Source: Candidatus Micrarchaeia archaeon
GTDB lineage: Archaea; Micrarchaeota; Micrarchaeia; Anstonellales; Bilamarchaeaceae
Length of the DNA stretch: 64,000 nucleotides
Reading direction: 5' to 3'
NCBI GenBank assembly: GCA_041649555.1
Contig: JBAZMS010000001.1
Span: 11,122-75,121, forward strand
In this document: positions 1 through 9,373 of the stretch, in pieces
Position numbering within the stretch: position 1 is the first letter of the stretch
How the letters are laid out: each line of letters opens with the position of its first letter
Position numbers and translations under genes: made by a program
Notes under the pieces: model-generated
The model's input: only the letters and a program-made list of their open reading frames with translations
The model's database searches: none
What the model was told of the DNA's origin: nothing

Positions 1-76
1 TGAGAGATTTGAACGCAAGTTCAAACAGATCTCAAGTTTTATTTTATTCATAAGTGTTCAAAAAGAGTATATGGAC

Positions 77-111
77 AAATGTTTAAATAGATTTCGACTT
101 TTAACGATTTT
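77..111. repeat. 35-bp direct repeat, copy 1 (AAATGTTTAAATAGATTTCGACTTTTAACGATTTT)
   Basis: Identical to 701-735; contains a TATA-like element on the minus strand. Confidence 0.95.
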
Positions 112-114
112 ATC

Positions 115-486
115 TTACTCTTTCTCAAAATATACATTTTTTTTATTTTTAAAATGTTCGTCCCCTGTTACCAGATAGCAATTATTACTGTCAATATACG
201 AGTAAATAATGCCATCGACAAGAGAGAGGTGTTCTTTTTCACATATTTGGCCTGTTTTTTTTGCAAGTTCTATATCTAATGGAAGAATAAGACCTCTCTT
301 GGATACAAAATTTAATAATTGATCGATTTGTTTTTGATCGATTTTTTTTCTAAATAGCGTTCTTGCCAACTCTGCAACAACGATTGTGGGAGTTTCAACG
401 ATCTCATTTTCAATTATTTTTTGAAATTTTTTTTTATTAAAATAGGCAATCCATGCATAAGTATCGATAATATACCTAGAATTCAT
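115..486 (-). CDS. vapC: VapC/PIN-domain toxin
   Basis: PIN acidic motifs IIDTYAW, VAEL, SLVDG, TGDEHF; start moved to MNSRY, overlapping the upstream small gene. Confidence 0.88.
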   Translation of the reverse strand: MNSRYIIDTYAWIAYFNKKKFQKIIENEIVETPTIVVAELARTLFRKKIDQKQIDQLLNFVSKRGLILPLDIELAKKTGQICEKEHLSLVDGIIYSYIDSNNCYLVTGDEHFKNKKNVYFEKE

Positions 487-676
487 GCTCTTCATCCCGG
501 ATAATATCTTTTGTGGAGACTTTTCCTGCCAAAACGCCAGCCATACTTTTTTTATCTTCAAAAAGACATTTTTTCAAATGATCATTAATAAATCCGGAGA
601 TATTGTTTGGGCTGATTTGCCTTAATTTTTTAACCACAACTTCGTCCAAAGTTAAAGTTATTCTTATGCTCATCAT
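476..676 (-). CDS. vapB: VapB-type antitoxin (ribbon-helix-helix-like)
   Basis: 66 aa, N-terminal strand RITLTLD then helices and an acidic tail; overlaps the PIN gene. Confidence 0.75.
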   Translation of the reverse strand: MMSIRITLTLDEVVVKKLRQISPNNISGFINDHLKKCLFEDKKSMAGVLAGKVSTKDIIRDEEHEF

Positions 677-700
677 ACATCACATGTAAGATATCACACA

Positions 701-735
701 AAATGTTTAAATAGATTTCGACTTTTAACGATTTT
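701..735. repeat. 35-bp direct repeat, copy 2; probable promoter of vapBC
   Basis: Identical to 77-111; lies about 25-60 bp upstream of vapB. Confidence 0.95.
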
Positions 736-743
736 TTTGGCAA

Positions 744-1517
744 TTATAATCTTTCACTTATGTAATTAACTGCATTTTCAAATATTTTAAGGCCGTTTGC
801 CTCTGGAATCTGTCCTCTGATCCATAATGGGCAGTTAGTATAATGATTATTGCATTCAGGATGCGGCATCAAGCCAAAAACCCTTCCGCTCTTATCGCAA
901 ATGCCTGCAATGTTTTGGATCGAACCATTTGGATTATAAGGATAACCTGCAAGCCTTCCGTTTAAATCAACATACTGAATCGGACAAAGATTGTTATTTA
1001 AAACATCCAAAAAAACCTGTTCGTTTTTTAGTATTATTTTTCCTTCCCCATGCCGAACCGGAAGATCAAGATAATGAATGCCTTTTGTATAGATGCATTT
1101 GGAATTTTGGTTTATTTTTAACCTTACCCACCTATCCTCAAATTTTCCTGAATCATTCTGAATTATAGTCATTGACTGATTGAAATCAGTTGTTGGAAGG
1201 ATTCCAAGCTTTGCAAGCATCTGAAATCCATTGCAAATCCCAAAAATAAGCTTCTCATCCCTTAGAAAATCCTGGATGGATTCTTTTAGGGCATACATCA
1301 ATTTATTTGAAAACACCTTTCCTGCACCAAGATGATCTGCATATGAAAACCCCCCGGGAAAAATTAGAAAATTGTATGTCTGAAGAAGAGAGGGGGCATC
1401 GATTAACTTATTTATGTGAATGATATCTGCTTCTCCTCCTGTTTTTTCTATGCAGTACTTGGTTTCATTTTCACAATTTATTCCAAATCCTGATATTACT
1501 GCCGCATGGGTTTGCAT
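744..1517 (-). CDS. purQ: FGAM synthase glutaminase subunit
   Basis: GINCENE, PGGFSYAD, GICNGFQ, GLMPHPE; start moved to MQTHAAV. Confidence 0.93.
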   Translation of the reverse strand: MQTHAAVISGFGINCENETKYCIEKTGGEADIIHINKLIDAPSLLQTYNFLIFPGGFSYADHLGAGKVFSNKLMYALKESIQDFLRDEKLIFGICNGFQMLAKLGILPTTDFNQSMTIIQNDSGKFEDRWVRLKINQNSKCIYTKGIHYLDLPVRHGEGKIILKNEQVFLDVLNNNLCPIQYVDLNGRLAGYPYNPNGSIQNIAGICDKSGRVFGLMPHPECNNHYTNCPLWIRGQIPEANGLKIFENAVNYISERL

Positions 1518-1609
1518 AAAATAAGATTGATGCGCAAAAAATAAATAGCTATTATTTATGTATTTTGCGCCAAGATATCTTTTTAATAATATTATTTTTA
1601 AATAAGGAT

Positions 1610-3328
1610 ATGGATCCACTTTTAGAAATAGCATCCCTTGCAGTGATAGCAACAATAATTGCAATAATTGCAAGAATGTTAAAACAGCCATTAATCATTG
1701 CATATATCTTATGCGGGATTCTGGCAGGGCCGTATGTATTAAACTTAATTCAATCAAAAGAAACATTGGATTTATTTTCCCATATAGGAATCGCACTTCT
1801 TTTATTTATTGTAGGGCTTGGGTTAAGCCCAAAAGTAATAAGAGAGGTTGGAAAGGTTTCTACAATTACTGGTGTGGGGCAGGTAATATTCACATCTGTT
1901 TTTGGATTTCTTATTTGCCAAGGTTTGGGATTCGGATTTATGGAATCAGTTTATCTTTCAATCGCACTAACTTTCAGCAGCACAATAATTATAATGAAAA
2001 TACTGACTGATAAGGGGGATACTGAAACATTATATGGAAAAATCGCGATAGGGTTTCTTATAGTCCAGGATTTGATTGCAGTCTTTATACTTTTGTTTTT
2101 GTCATCAATGCAGGGTGGAACTGCAACAGAGACATCTTTTATTGAAACAATTATTTTAGGAATACTGCTTTTATTGTTTGTTTTTTTTGCAGGCTATTTT
2201 GCAATCCCGAAAATAACAAAAATTATTGCTTCTTCTCAGGAAACACTCCTTCTCTTTTCTGTAGGGTGGTGTCTTGCACTGGCATCACTTTTTCAATATT
2301 TCAGTTTTTCAATGGAAATCGGAGCGCTTCTTGCAGGGGTTTCTCTCTCAATTTCTCCATATAGATTTGAGATAAGCTCGAAAATGAGATCCTTGCGGGA
2401 TTTTTTTATAATTATATTTTTTATTTTACTCGGCTCACAGATGGCATTTTCAGATGTTTCAGACAAAATTATTCCAATAATAATTCTTTCAATTTTTATT
2501 CTGGTTGGAAACCCGTTGATAGTGATTTTTTTAATGGGGCAGCTTGGATACACCAAAAGAACGAGTTTTCTTGCAGGGCTTACTGTTGCCCAGATAAGTG
2601 AATTTTCGATAATTCTTATTGCGCTTGGAATAAAACTTGGCCATCTTTCTTTTCAAATTCTTTCGATAATTACTTTTGTGGGTTTAATAACAATTGCAGG
2701 CTCTACATATATGATATTATATTCAAACAGGATATACCCGTGTATTTCAAATTATTTGACCACTTTTGAAAAAAAAGGCAAAAAAGTAGATGAACATAAA
2801 TATCAAAAATATAAGGATTATGAGATAATTCTTTTTGGATATAACAGAATTGGATATGATCTTGCAAAAAGTTTTAAAAAAATAAAAAAGAGATTTGTTG
2901 TGATAGATTATAATCCGGATACAATAATTTCCCTATCAAAGGAGAATATGGATTGCATATATGGAGATGCCGGGGATAGTGAATTTTTATCAGAGCTTGA
3001 TTTGAAAAATGCAAAAATGGTTTTTTCGACAATACCTGATTTTGATACAAACATGGTTTTGTTAAACAGGATAAGAAAGGAAAACAAACATTCGATTGTT
3101 TTTTTGATTTCACACCAAATAGAACAGGCAATTGAGCTATACTCGGCTGGAGCAACATATGTGGTTTTGCCTCATTTTCTTGGGGGCCATCATGCATCAA
3201 CCCTGATCGAGCATTATAAGTTTGATGCTGCGAAATTTATGAAAGAGCGGGAAAAACAAATAAAAAAATTGTATGAAAAACAAAAAATGGGCTATGAGCA
3301 TCCAGTGCATGAAAAAAACGGGGATTAA
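1610..3328 (+). CDS. Kef-type cation:proton antiporter (CPA2) with TrkA-N domain
   Basis: Many TM helices, FSSTII, LIVQDL, AQISEF; C-terminal GYNRIG and YGDA. Confidence 0.9.
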   Translation: MDPLLEIASLAVIATIIAIIARMLKQPLIIAYILCGILAGPYVLNLIQSKETLDLFSHIGIALLLFIVGLGLSPKVIREVGKVSTITGVGQVIFTSVFGFLICQGLGFGFMESVYLSIALTFSSTIIIMKILTDKGDTETLYGKIAIGFLIVQDLIAVFILLFLSSMQGGTATETSFIETIILGILLLLFVFFAGYFAIPKITKIIASSQETLLLFSVGWCLALASLFQYFSFSMEIGALLAGVSLSISPYRFEISSKMRSLRDFFIIIFFILLGSQMAFSDVSDKIIPIIILSIFILVGNPLIVIFLMGQLGYTKRTSFLAGLTVAQISEFSIILIALGIKLGHLSFQILSIITFVGLITIAGSTYMILYSNRIYPCISNYLTTFEKKGKKVDEHKYQKYKDYEIILFGYNRIGYDLAKSFKKIKKRFVVIDYNPDTIISLSKENMDCIYGDAGDSEFLSELDLKNAKMVFSTIPDFDTNMVLLNRIRKENKHSIVFLISHQIEQAIELYSAGATYVVLPHFLGGHHASTLIEHYKFDAAKFMKEREKQIKKLYEKQKMGYEHPVHEKNGD

Positions 3329-4299
3329 TTAACCGGACATTGATTTTTTAGGGGCCCTATTACAGAGTAGCTTTCTTTTTTTGCATCAGAATAACCTGAA
3401 AAAATATCGCAATCATTCCCAAGTGCATCTGAAGTTATAAATATGTTTTTTCCATCAGAAATTATTTTTATATTTCCATTAATATCTGTGCGGTAAAGAC
3501 TGGAATTTTCAATTTCATAAATGCTCTCCAGGGTTTTTTTTCTAGGGAAATAATAGCCAAGTTCTATGCTTTTTTCAAAATCAACCGAGATAGCATAGAA
3601 TTTTGCATTAACCTTGCCTAAAAATTCCTTTGAGCTGGCATCACTACTTCCGTGGTGCCCGACTTTTAAAAAATCAGATTGTAAATCTGTCTGAAAATCA
3701 AGAAGCTTATTTTCACAAACTGCTCCGCAATCCCCTGTAAAAAGGAATGAATTCTCATTATGAATTAATTTTACTACTATTGAATTTTGGTTTTCATCCA
3801 AAGAACAATCACTAGAGTATGGAGCAAAAAGATAGATTTGTGTGCATTCATCTATATCTATTTTTAGATTATCTTCAAGTTTAAGGTAGTTGTAGATTTT
3901 TTTCATCGAATCATAATTTTGCTGTGTTTTGGTGGAATAATTAGCACAATTTCCATTATCAATTATAGTTCCAATTCCAAACTCAAAAAAGACATCTTTC
4001 ATCCCTCCGATATGATCTTCATGGTTATGGGTTGCTATAACATAGTCTATTCTTTTGATATTATTTGATTTTAAAAAATTAATTACCTGTTCTGACGAGT
4101 TGGCCCTAAGTTTTGAACCGGAATCTATCAGGATAGTTTTATTTTTAGAGGTAAATATTACAATCGCATCAGCCTGGCCTACATTCAGGACAACTATTTG
4201 CAAATTGCCGCATTCTTTTTTTTCATCGGTAGATGAATTGGCATAAAATAGAATAAAAAAACAAATAACAATTGCTCCAACAAAAACCAGTTTTCTCAT
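3325..4299 (-). CDS. ComEC/Rec2-like metallo-beta-lactamase-fold hydrolase with N-terminal anchor
   Basis: NVGQADA, THNHEDHIGG, FTGD, KVGHHGS; no multi-TM Competence domain. Confidence 0.85.
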   Translation of the reverse strand: MRKLVFVGAIVICFFILFYANSSTDEKKECGNLQIVVLNVGQADAIVIFTSKNKTILIDSGSKLRANSSEQVINFLKSNNIKRIDYVIATHNHEDHIGGMKDVFFEFGIGTIIDNGNCANYSTKTQQNYDSMKKIYNYLKLEDNLKIDIDECTQIYLFAPYSSDCSLDENQNSIVVKLIHNENSFLFTGDCGAVCENKLLDFQTDLQSDFLKVGHHGSSDASSKEFLGKVNAKFYAISVDFEKSIELGYYFPRKKTLESIYEIENSSLYRTDINGNIKIISDGKNIFITSDALGNDCDIFSGYSDAKKESYSVIGPLKNQCPVN

Positions 4300-4417
4300 G
4301 ATGATTAACCCTCTTGATGCAGAAAATTAAAAATGGAATGGAAACAGGGCGCCTGCTAGTGAGGGTGAAAAGTGGGTTAGGTAAGTATTTATATATCTTT
4401 CATAACAATTATACATT

Positions 4418-5239
4418 ATGAAAATTATGAAAATTATAAAAGTTGAGAGTTCTTCTGCTGCATTACAACAGGTTCAGAAAAAATTAATTGGAAAAGTAAT
4501 TCAAATTCCAGATGTTTTTGCTAGGCAGAATGTGATTACGGACGGGTCAAGAGTTAGCGCAAGTTTTAATCCTAAATGCAGTGCTTGTATGGAAGAGTAT
4601 AATTTTCTTCAAGGTATTGATGGCAATTGGTATCACCCAAATGCAGAAATGGGCAGCATACAAATATTTAACTTACGTGAGTGCAGACAAAAATTAAAAG
4701 AGCCGTCTAGAATAGTTATTGAAACCGACACTGCTTCTTTTTCATTTGCCTTTTTAGAAGGTTGTTTTGCTGTTGCAGATGATACGACCCCTGGTTTAAG
4801 GATTCCATCCATTCATACCCCGCAGCCTAATCCATCTGATAATCATGTGCCTATTCCAATATCAATGCATGTAGTTGATCCTTATACTTTTACTTATTGG
4901 TCAGGTTCATCACTTGAAAGGTATTGGAAAGTAACAGATATTGGGCCTCTTCTTCTTGCAGAAATCAGAATGAGAAAGAGCGGTAATAATATACAAAGGC
5001 AGTATTCACGATTGGAACTTTCTTTTAAGATACCAGAAGAGATCACACGCTCAGAAAAAAGAAATTTGGGTATTCAAACCCATGAGATAACAGGTTATTT
5101 TCCATTGGGAAGGTATAATGAAAAAATTCAGCCAATCTTATGGATAGATGAAATTCCAAAAAATTCAAATGATGCACCAGTAAGATATTTAGTGCAGACC
5201 TTAGATATGAAGCCTCTATTAATTGGACAGAATTATTGA
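4418..5239 (+). CDS. Hypothetical protein
   Basis: 273-aa ORF with a TATA-like element about 25 bp upstream; no motif recognised. Confidence 0.6.
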   Translation: MKIMKIIKVESSSAALQQVQKKLIGKVIQIPDVFARQNVITDGSRVSASFNPKCSACMEEYNFLQGIDGNWYHPNAEMGSIQIFNLRECRQKLKEPSRIVIETDTASFSFAFLEGCFAVADDTTPGLRIPSIHTPQPNPSDNHVPIPISMHVVDPYTFTYWSGSSLERYWKVTDIGPLLLAEIRMRKSGNNIQRQYSRLELSFKIPEEITRSEKRNLGIQTHEITGYFPLGRYNEKIQPILWIDEIPKNSNDAPVRYLVQTLDMKPLLIGQNY

Positions 5240-5260
5240 TTTGGATATAGAGGGATTATT

Positions 5261-6016
5261 TTGAAACTTTTCCAAATAAGATGCCAAAATAAAAAAAATA
5301 AAGATTTTAGAAAATGCCCCACAAAACAAGAGAAAATTATTAAAAAATTTAAAAAAGTAACAATCGGATTGTGTGCAGGTGCCCTGATTTGTACAGTGCT
5401 TTCACTTTCGATCTGGTTTGCTGAGATAAGATTTAGCCCTATACAAAAAATTACAAATAATATACTATATTATGATAGAACGCCAGTAGATTATTACAGG
5501 CCAATAAAAAATATGGATAATTACACTCCAAGAATGGGAGATATAATTCTTTATAAGCCTCAAACGAAAGATTTGCTCCAGACTTTTCTAACCCTCCCTT
5601 TTGGGGAATACACCCATTCTGGAATAATTGTAAGTATGTTTGGGGATGTATTATCAGCCAAATGGAATGGCATAAAAATTGAGAATGTTTATAAGGACCC
5701 TCATTTTATGTCTGAATACAGGCTGATTTTGCGCCCGGAAAAAATAGATCTCCAAACCCCAAGACACGGATTGCCACTGCTTGAATTTGCTATAATTTCT
5801 AAATCAAAATCAATTGGTTTCGATGGTGGTTTTTGGTTTGGGATTAATCAGGGTGCCAGACCAAGAGTAGAAGAGGACATATCCAACTATTATTCCTGTG
5901 CAGTACTTTTGGGCGCTGCTGTATATTATTCGGGTTTTGATGTACCAGCGCTTGGAAAAGGCATAACAACTTGTGCTGATGCAATAGATGCTCCAATTTA
6001 TCCAAGAAGAGAATAG
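5261..6016 (+). CDS. Membrane-anchored permuted papain-like (YiiX/YaeF, NlpC/P60) protein
   Basis: N-terminal TM, GDIILY, YTHSGI (His), later YYSCAVL (Cys). Confidence 0.6.
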   Translation: MKLFQIRCQNKKNKDFRKCPTKQEKIIKKFKKVTIGLCAGALICTVLSLSIWFAEIRFSPIQKITNNILYYDRTPVDYYRPIKNMDNYTPRMGDIILYKPQTKDLLQTFLTLPFGEYTHSGIIVSMFGDVLSAKWNGIKIENVYKDPHFMSEYRLILRPEKIDLQTPRHGLPLLEFAIISKSKSIGFDGGFWFGINQGARPRVEEDISNYYSCAVLLGAAVYYSGFDVPALGKGITTCADAIDAPIYPRRE

Positions 6017-6049
6017 GAGATATTTATCTTTAATAAAAATGGGATTATC

Positions 6050-7246
6050 TTAATACCAGAACGCTGGTTTGAAAAAACTAATTAAAAATAACGGAACCAC
6101 TAAGAGATATGCAGACAGACAGAAAAAATCATCATTTTGTGAAAGAAATTGGTTTTGTGGATTATAATCAATAGTTCTTTGGGTTTTTTCACCCATAATG
6201 GATATTATATACGGCACCAAATATTCTGTATTTGATTTTGCCTCCCATGGATCAAAGGATAATTTTTGGGTCTGTATAATTGTCTCTTTTGGGCCGATGA
6301 AAATTATTTCGTCGTTATTTTCCCCCCATCCTTCTGGAAAATGAAACTGATAACTAACAAAAATGTATTTCTGGGTGGGATTTGATATGAAAACATCAAC
6401 TCTTCTTTTATGTGCTGTTGCAATATGAATAATCCCTCCTTGCAGTTGGGAAGAGGAGAATTTCTCGATTTTTGTTTTGGAATAAAAATTAGTGGACTTG
6501 CCTGTGAAATATAATTTGCTTTCGGGTTCATTTTTGTTATCAGATACAAATGTTTTGATATGGTTTGAGGAAAGAAGCCCTATCTGCCCGAATGTTGGAT
6601 CAATACCTATCCATTCTTCTGAAATTTTGGCCTCGGCCCATACATGTTCCTGCCAGTCTTCTGAAAAAGTGTAACCATAAATTTTTCTGTTTTCGATTTT
6701 AAGATAACCCAGATAATACAATAACAGATTGGAATACCCGTTGCAGACCGCACTTTTTTTTTCATATACAATAGCAGGGTCTGTATTCCCACTATCCTTA
6801 AGGTTGTATTCCAATTCAGAATTAAACCAGCCTACAAGTTTGATTAATGTCTTTGCTTTTGAAGAAGGTAGAGAAAGATTTCTGGCTGTTTTTTCAAGAT
6901 CGTTTTCAGGCTCTTTAAACCAAACCAGAGGTTCATCCTTAGTTAAAAAAGGGGAGTGGTTGACTTCAATTATTGCATATGCAGAGATGGTTTGTAAACT
7001 GCCATTCATACTTCCGTTTGAGATTAAATAAATATTATCACCGGAGTTTTCAAAATATCCGTTTTCAGATCCCATTGATAAAACATTCTGACCGGTCCCA
7101 TTGTAGATAAAACTTGAATTAAAAAAATATTCCATGCCTGCCTCTCCTTCAATTATCCATTCTTTTTCAAAAATAAATCGTGCTGATTCGTAGGAATGAA
7201 ATAAAAGAAAAAAATAGAGCACAAATATGAATATTTTAATTTTCAA
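6050..7246 (-). CDS. Secreted transglutaminase-like protein with C-terminal anchor
   Basis: Signal peptide; AVCNGY, HVWAE, WIGIDPT triad; hydrophobic C-terminus. Confidence 0.82.
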   Translation of the reverse strand: MKIKIFIFVLYFFLLFHSYESARFIFEKEWIIEGEAGMEYFFNSSFIYNGTGQNVLSMGSENGYFENSGDNIYLISNGSMNGSLQTISAYAIIEVNHSPFLTKDEPLVWFKEPENDLEKTARNLSLPSSKAKTLIKLVGWFNSELEYNLKDSGNTDPAIVYEKKSAVCNGYSNLLLYYLGYLKIENRKIYGYTFSEDWQEHVWAEAKISEEWIGIDPTFGQIGLLSSNHIKTFVSDNKNEPESKLYFTGKSTNFYSKTKIEKFSSSQLQGGIIHIATAHKRRVDVFISNPTQKYIFVSYQFHFPEGWGENNDEIIFIGPKETIIQTQKLSFDPWEAKSNTEYLVPYIISIMGEKTQRTIDYNPQNQFLSQNDDFFCLSAYLLVVPLFLISFFKPAFWY

Positions 7247-8547
7247 ATTGTCCCTCTTATCAGATTCATATGGTTTATCCTTTTTTCAATAAGCTCTTTT
7301 GTCCCGATATCTTTTCGGTGCCATATTGGCCCATTTAAATATCCGGCGCACTCTTCAATTTTTTTTTGTGCAACATAGATATTTTCATCAACACTGCAAA
7401 GCGCAACAGACCGGGAAGTTGTGGTGTAAATCTCCCTTTCCTTTTCATAAACAGATGCATAATAAACTTTTATTTTTTTATGCCTTAGTGCATCTTCATT
7501 GATTAATATTTTTGAGCTTTTTACTGGCCGGTCTGGATAGCCTTCAGGAACAAAATATTTTACCAGGGTGGATTTGTCCAGAAAATCCACTTTTTCAAGG
7601 GTTCCTTCAAAGATTCGCGTAAAGATCTCTGAAAGGGAAGAATTTAAGAGATTTAAAACATTCATTGCCTCAGGGTCTCCAAATCTTGCGTTATATTCGA
7701 TTATTTTTGGTCCGTATTTTGTAAGCATAAACTGGCCGTATAAAATCCCCTTGAATTCAGCTCTTTCTTTTTTCAGAGCCTCTATTGTTTTTTTCATGGT
7801 AAGTTTTGCTTTGTTTAAATCTAATTTTTTCATAAATGGAAGAAGTTCTCCGGTAGAATATGAGCCCATTCCACCTGTATTTGGACCCTGATCATTTTCA
7901 AATGCTCTTTTGTGATCTTGGACAGGAGGCATAAAAACAAGATTGGTTCCATCACAAAATGCCTGCAGTGTGAATTCCTGGCCGCCGAGTTTTTCTTCGA
8001 TTAGAACTTTTCCATCCTTTTTGAGAAGGGATTTGCCATAATCTAAAATGCCATCTTTTTCAAGTATGTTTTCTTCGGAAACCTTTACTCCTTTTCCTCC
8101 TGTAAGGCCTATTGGTTTTACTGCAACAGAATAGTTTAGTTCTCTAAGCGCATCCCTGAGTTCTTTTTCATTATCAATGATAAAAAAATCAACAATGCCG
8201 GGGATGTTATGATCCTGCATGAGTTGTCTTGCAAACTGCTTGTTGCATTCGATATCTGCAACATCTTTTGTTGGAGAGCAGACGGAAATTCCTAATTCCA
8301 TTAGTGTATCTGAAATGCCTGCACCAAGCGCAGCATCCGGGCTTACAAATGCAAGATCTATTCTTTTTCCACTTGCCCATGATTTAACTTCCCGGGGGTT
8401 TAATATATCGCAAATAAAATAATCTTTTGAGAGATTTGCAATTGCAGGGTTTTTACGAGACATTAAGGAAAAAACAGAAGAATCCTTTGAAAGCATTTCA
8501 ATTATGGCATGCTCTCTTGCGCCATCACCTACTACTAAAATATTCAT
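7243..8547 (-). CDS. purD: Phosphoribosylamine-glycine ligase
   Basis: GDGAREHA, GGKGV, QDHKR, GPNTGGMG, EYNARFGDPE. Confidence 0.95.
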   Translation of the reverse strand: MNILVVGDGAREHAIIEMLSKDSSVFSLMSRKNPAIANLSKDYFICDILNPREVKSWASGKRIDLAFVSPDAALGAGISDTLMELGISVCSPTKDVADIECNKQFARQLMQDHNIPGIVDFFIIDNEKELRDALRELNYSVAVKPIGLTGGKGVKVSEENILEKDGILDYGKSLLKKDGKVLIEEKLGGQEFTLQAFCDGTNLVFMPPVQDHKRAFENDQGPNTGGMGSYSTGELLPFMKKLDLNKAKLTMKKTIEALKKERAEFKGILYGQFMLTKYGPKIIEYNARFGDPEAMNVLNLLNSSLSEIFTRIFEGTLEKVDFLDKSTLVKYFVPEGYPDRPVKSSKILINEDALRHKKIKVYYASVYEKEREIYTTTSRSVALCSVDENIYVAQKKIEECAGYLNGPIWHRKDIGTKELIEKRINHMNLIRGTI

Positions 8548-8676
8548 ATTACCCACCAAAGATACTTTTTTCTAATTGTCTTAAAAAAGAATTGGTCTGT
8601 TTTATTATTATAAACTGCCTTTTTTTAGGGTATGCCTTGATTATTTCAAAGGAATACTCTTTTTTTGCCATACTTA

Positions 8677-9372
8677 TCAAGACCTTTTTTTTATATATCC
8701 TTCTTTTATCAGAATATTTATTCCTTCCTCAACCCTTTTTTTTGGCAGGTTATATGATAATGAAAATTCTGAAACATCAATTGCACCGGCATGCATTCTT
8801 ATCCAATTAAAAATTTCTTCCTTGAGGATTTCATCGCTTATTCCTTCCATTTCCAAAACTCTTTTGGCAAGTTCTTCAACCCGTCTTTCGGCTTCTAGAA
8901 GAAGCCTTGCGTTTTCTTCGCTGGATTTAACAAGATCCTGATATTTGGCAGAGAGCTGTTTATTTTTCAAATCCAGCATGTCTGCTTTTTCTGAAATATT
9001 GATTTCTGCAACACCAACTGTTTTTTCAACGAGTTCAACTACCTTTAGGGAGATATTTAAAATTTCTCTTAGTTCTACCGAATAAAAATCATTTGAAATT
9101 ACAAGTATATTGATGAAGGTTTTGATGGATTCAAAATATCTGGCTCTTTTTTCTCCTGCAAATTCGGTATAGCTGAATGTTATTTTGTTTTTTTCAAATA
9201 GCACCGAATAATCAATTTGGGGCTTTCCCTCAAGTGTCTTGCCAAGGGATTTCTCGACAAGAAGTGATTTTTTTGAAACCTTTATTTTGCTAAAACCAAA
9301 ATTAGAAAACATTTTTGCAAGGGACCGGAATTCTTTTTTCTGTTTCCCATAAACAATAAGTGATTTTAGCAT
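8677..9372 (-). CDS. Coiled-coil protein with C-terminal winged helix
   Basis: Heptad-rich middle region; C-terminal WIRMHAGAIDVSEFS...GYI. Confidence 0.65.
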   Translation of the reverse strand: MLKSLIVYGKQKKEFRSLAKMFSNFGFSKIKVSKKSLLVEKSLGKTLEGKPQIDYSVLFEKNKITFSYTEFAGEKRARYFESIKTFINILVISNDFYSVELREILNISLKVVELVEKTVGVAEINISEKADMLDLKNKQLSAKYQDLVKSSEENARLLLEAERRVEELAKRVLEMEGISDEILKEEIFNWIRMHAGAIDVSEFSLSYNLPKKRVEEGINILIKEGYIKKRS

Positions 9373-9373
9373 A

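Noticed and set aside
4316..4345. 30-mer ending GGAATGGAAAC, resembling an archaeal CRISPR repeat
   Set aside because: Only one copy seen, no array, and it coincides with the promoter region of the MBL gene
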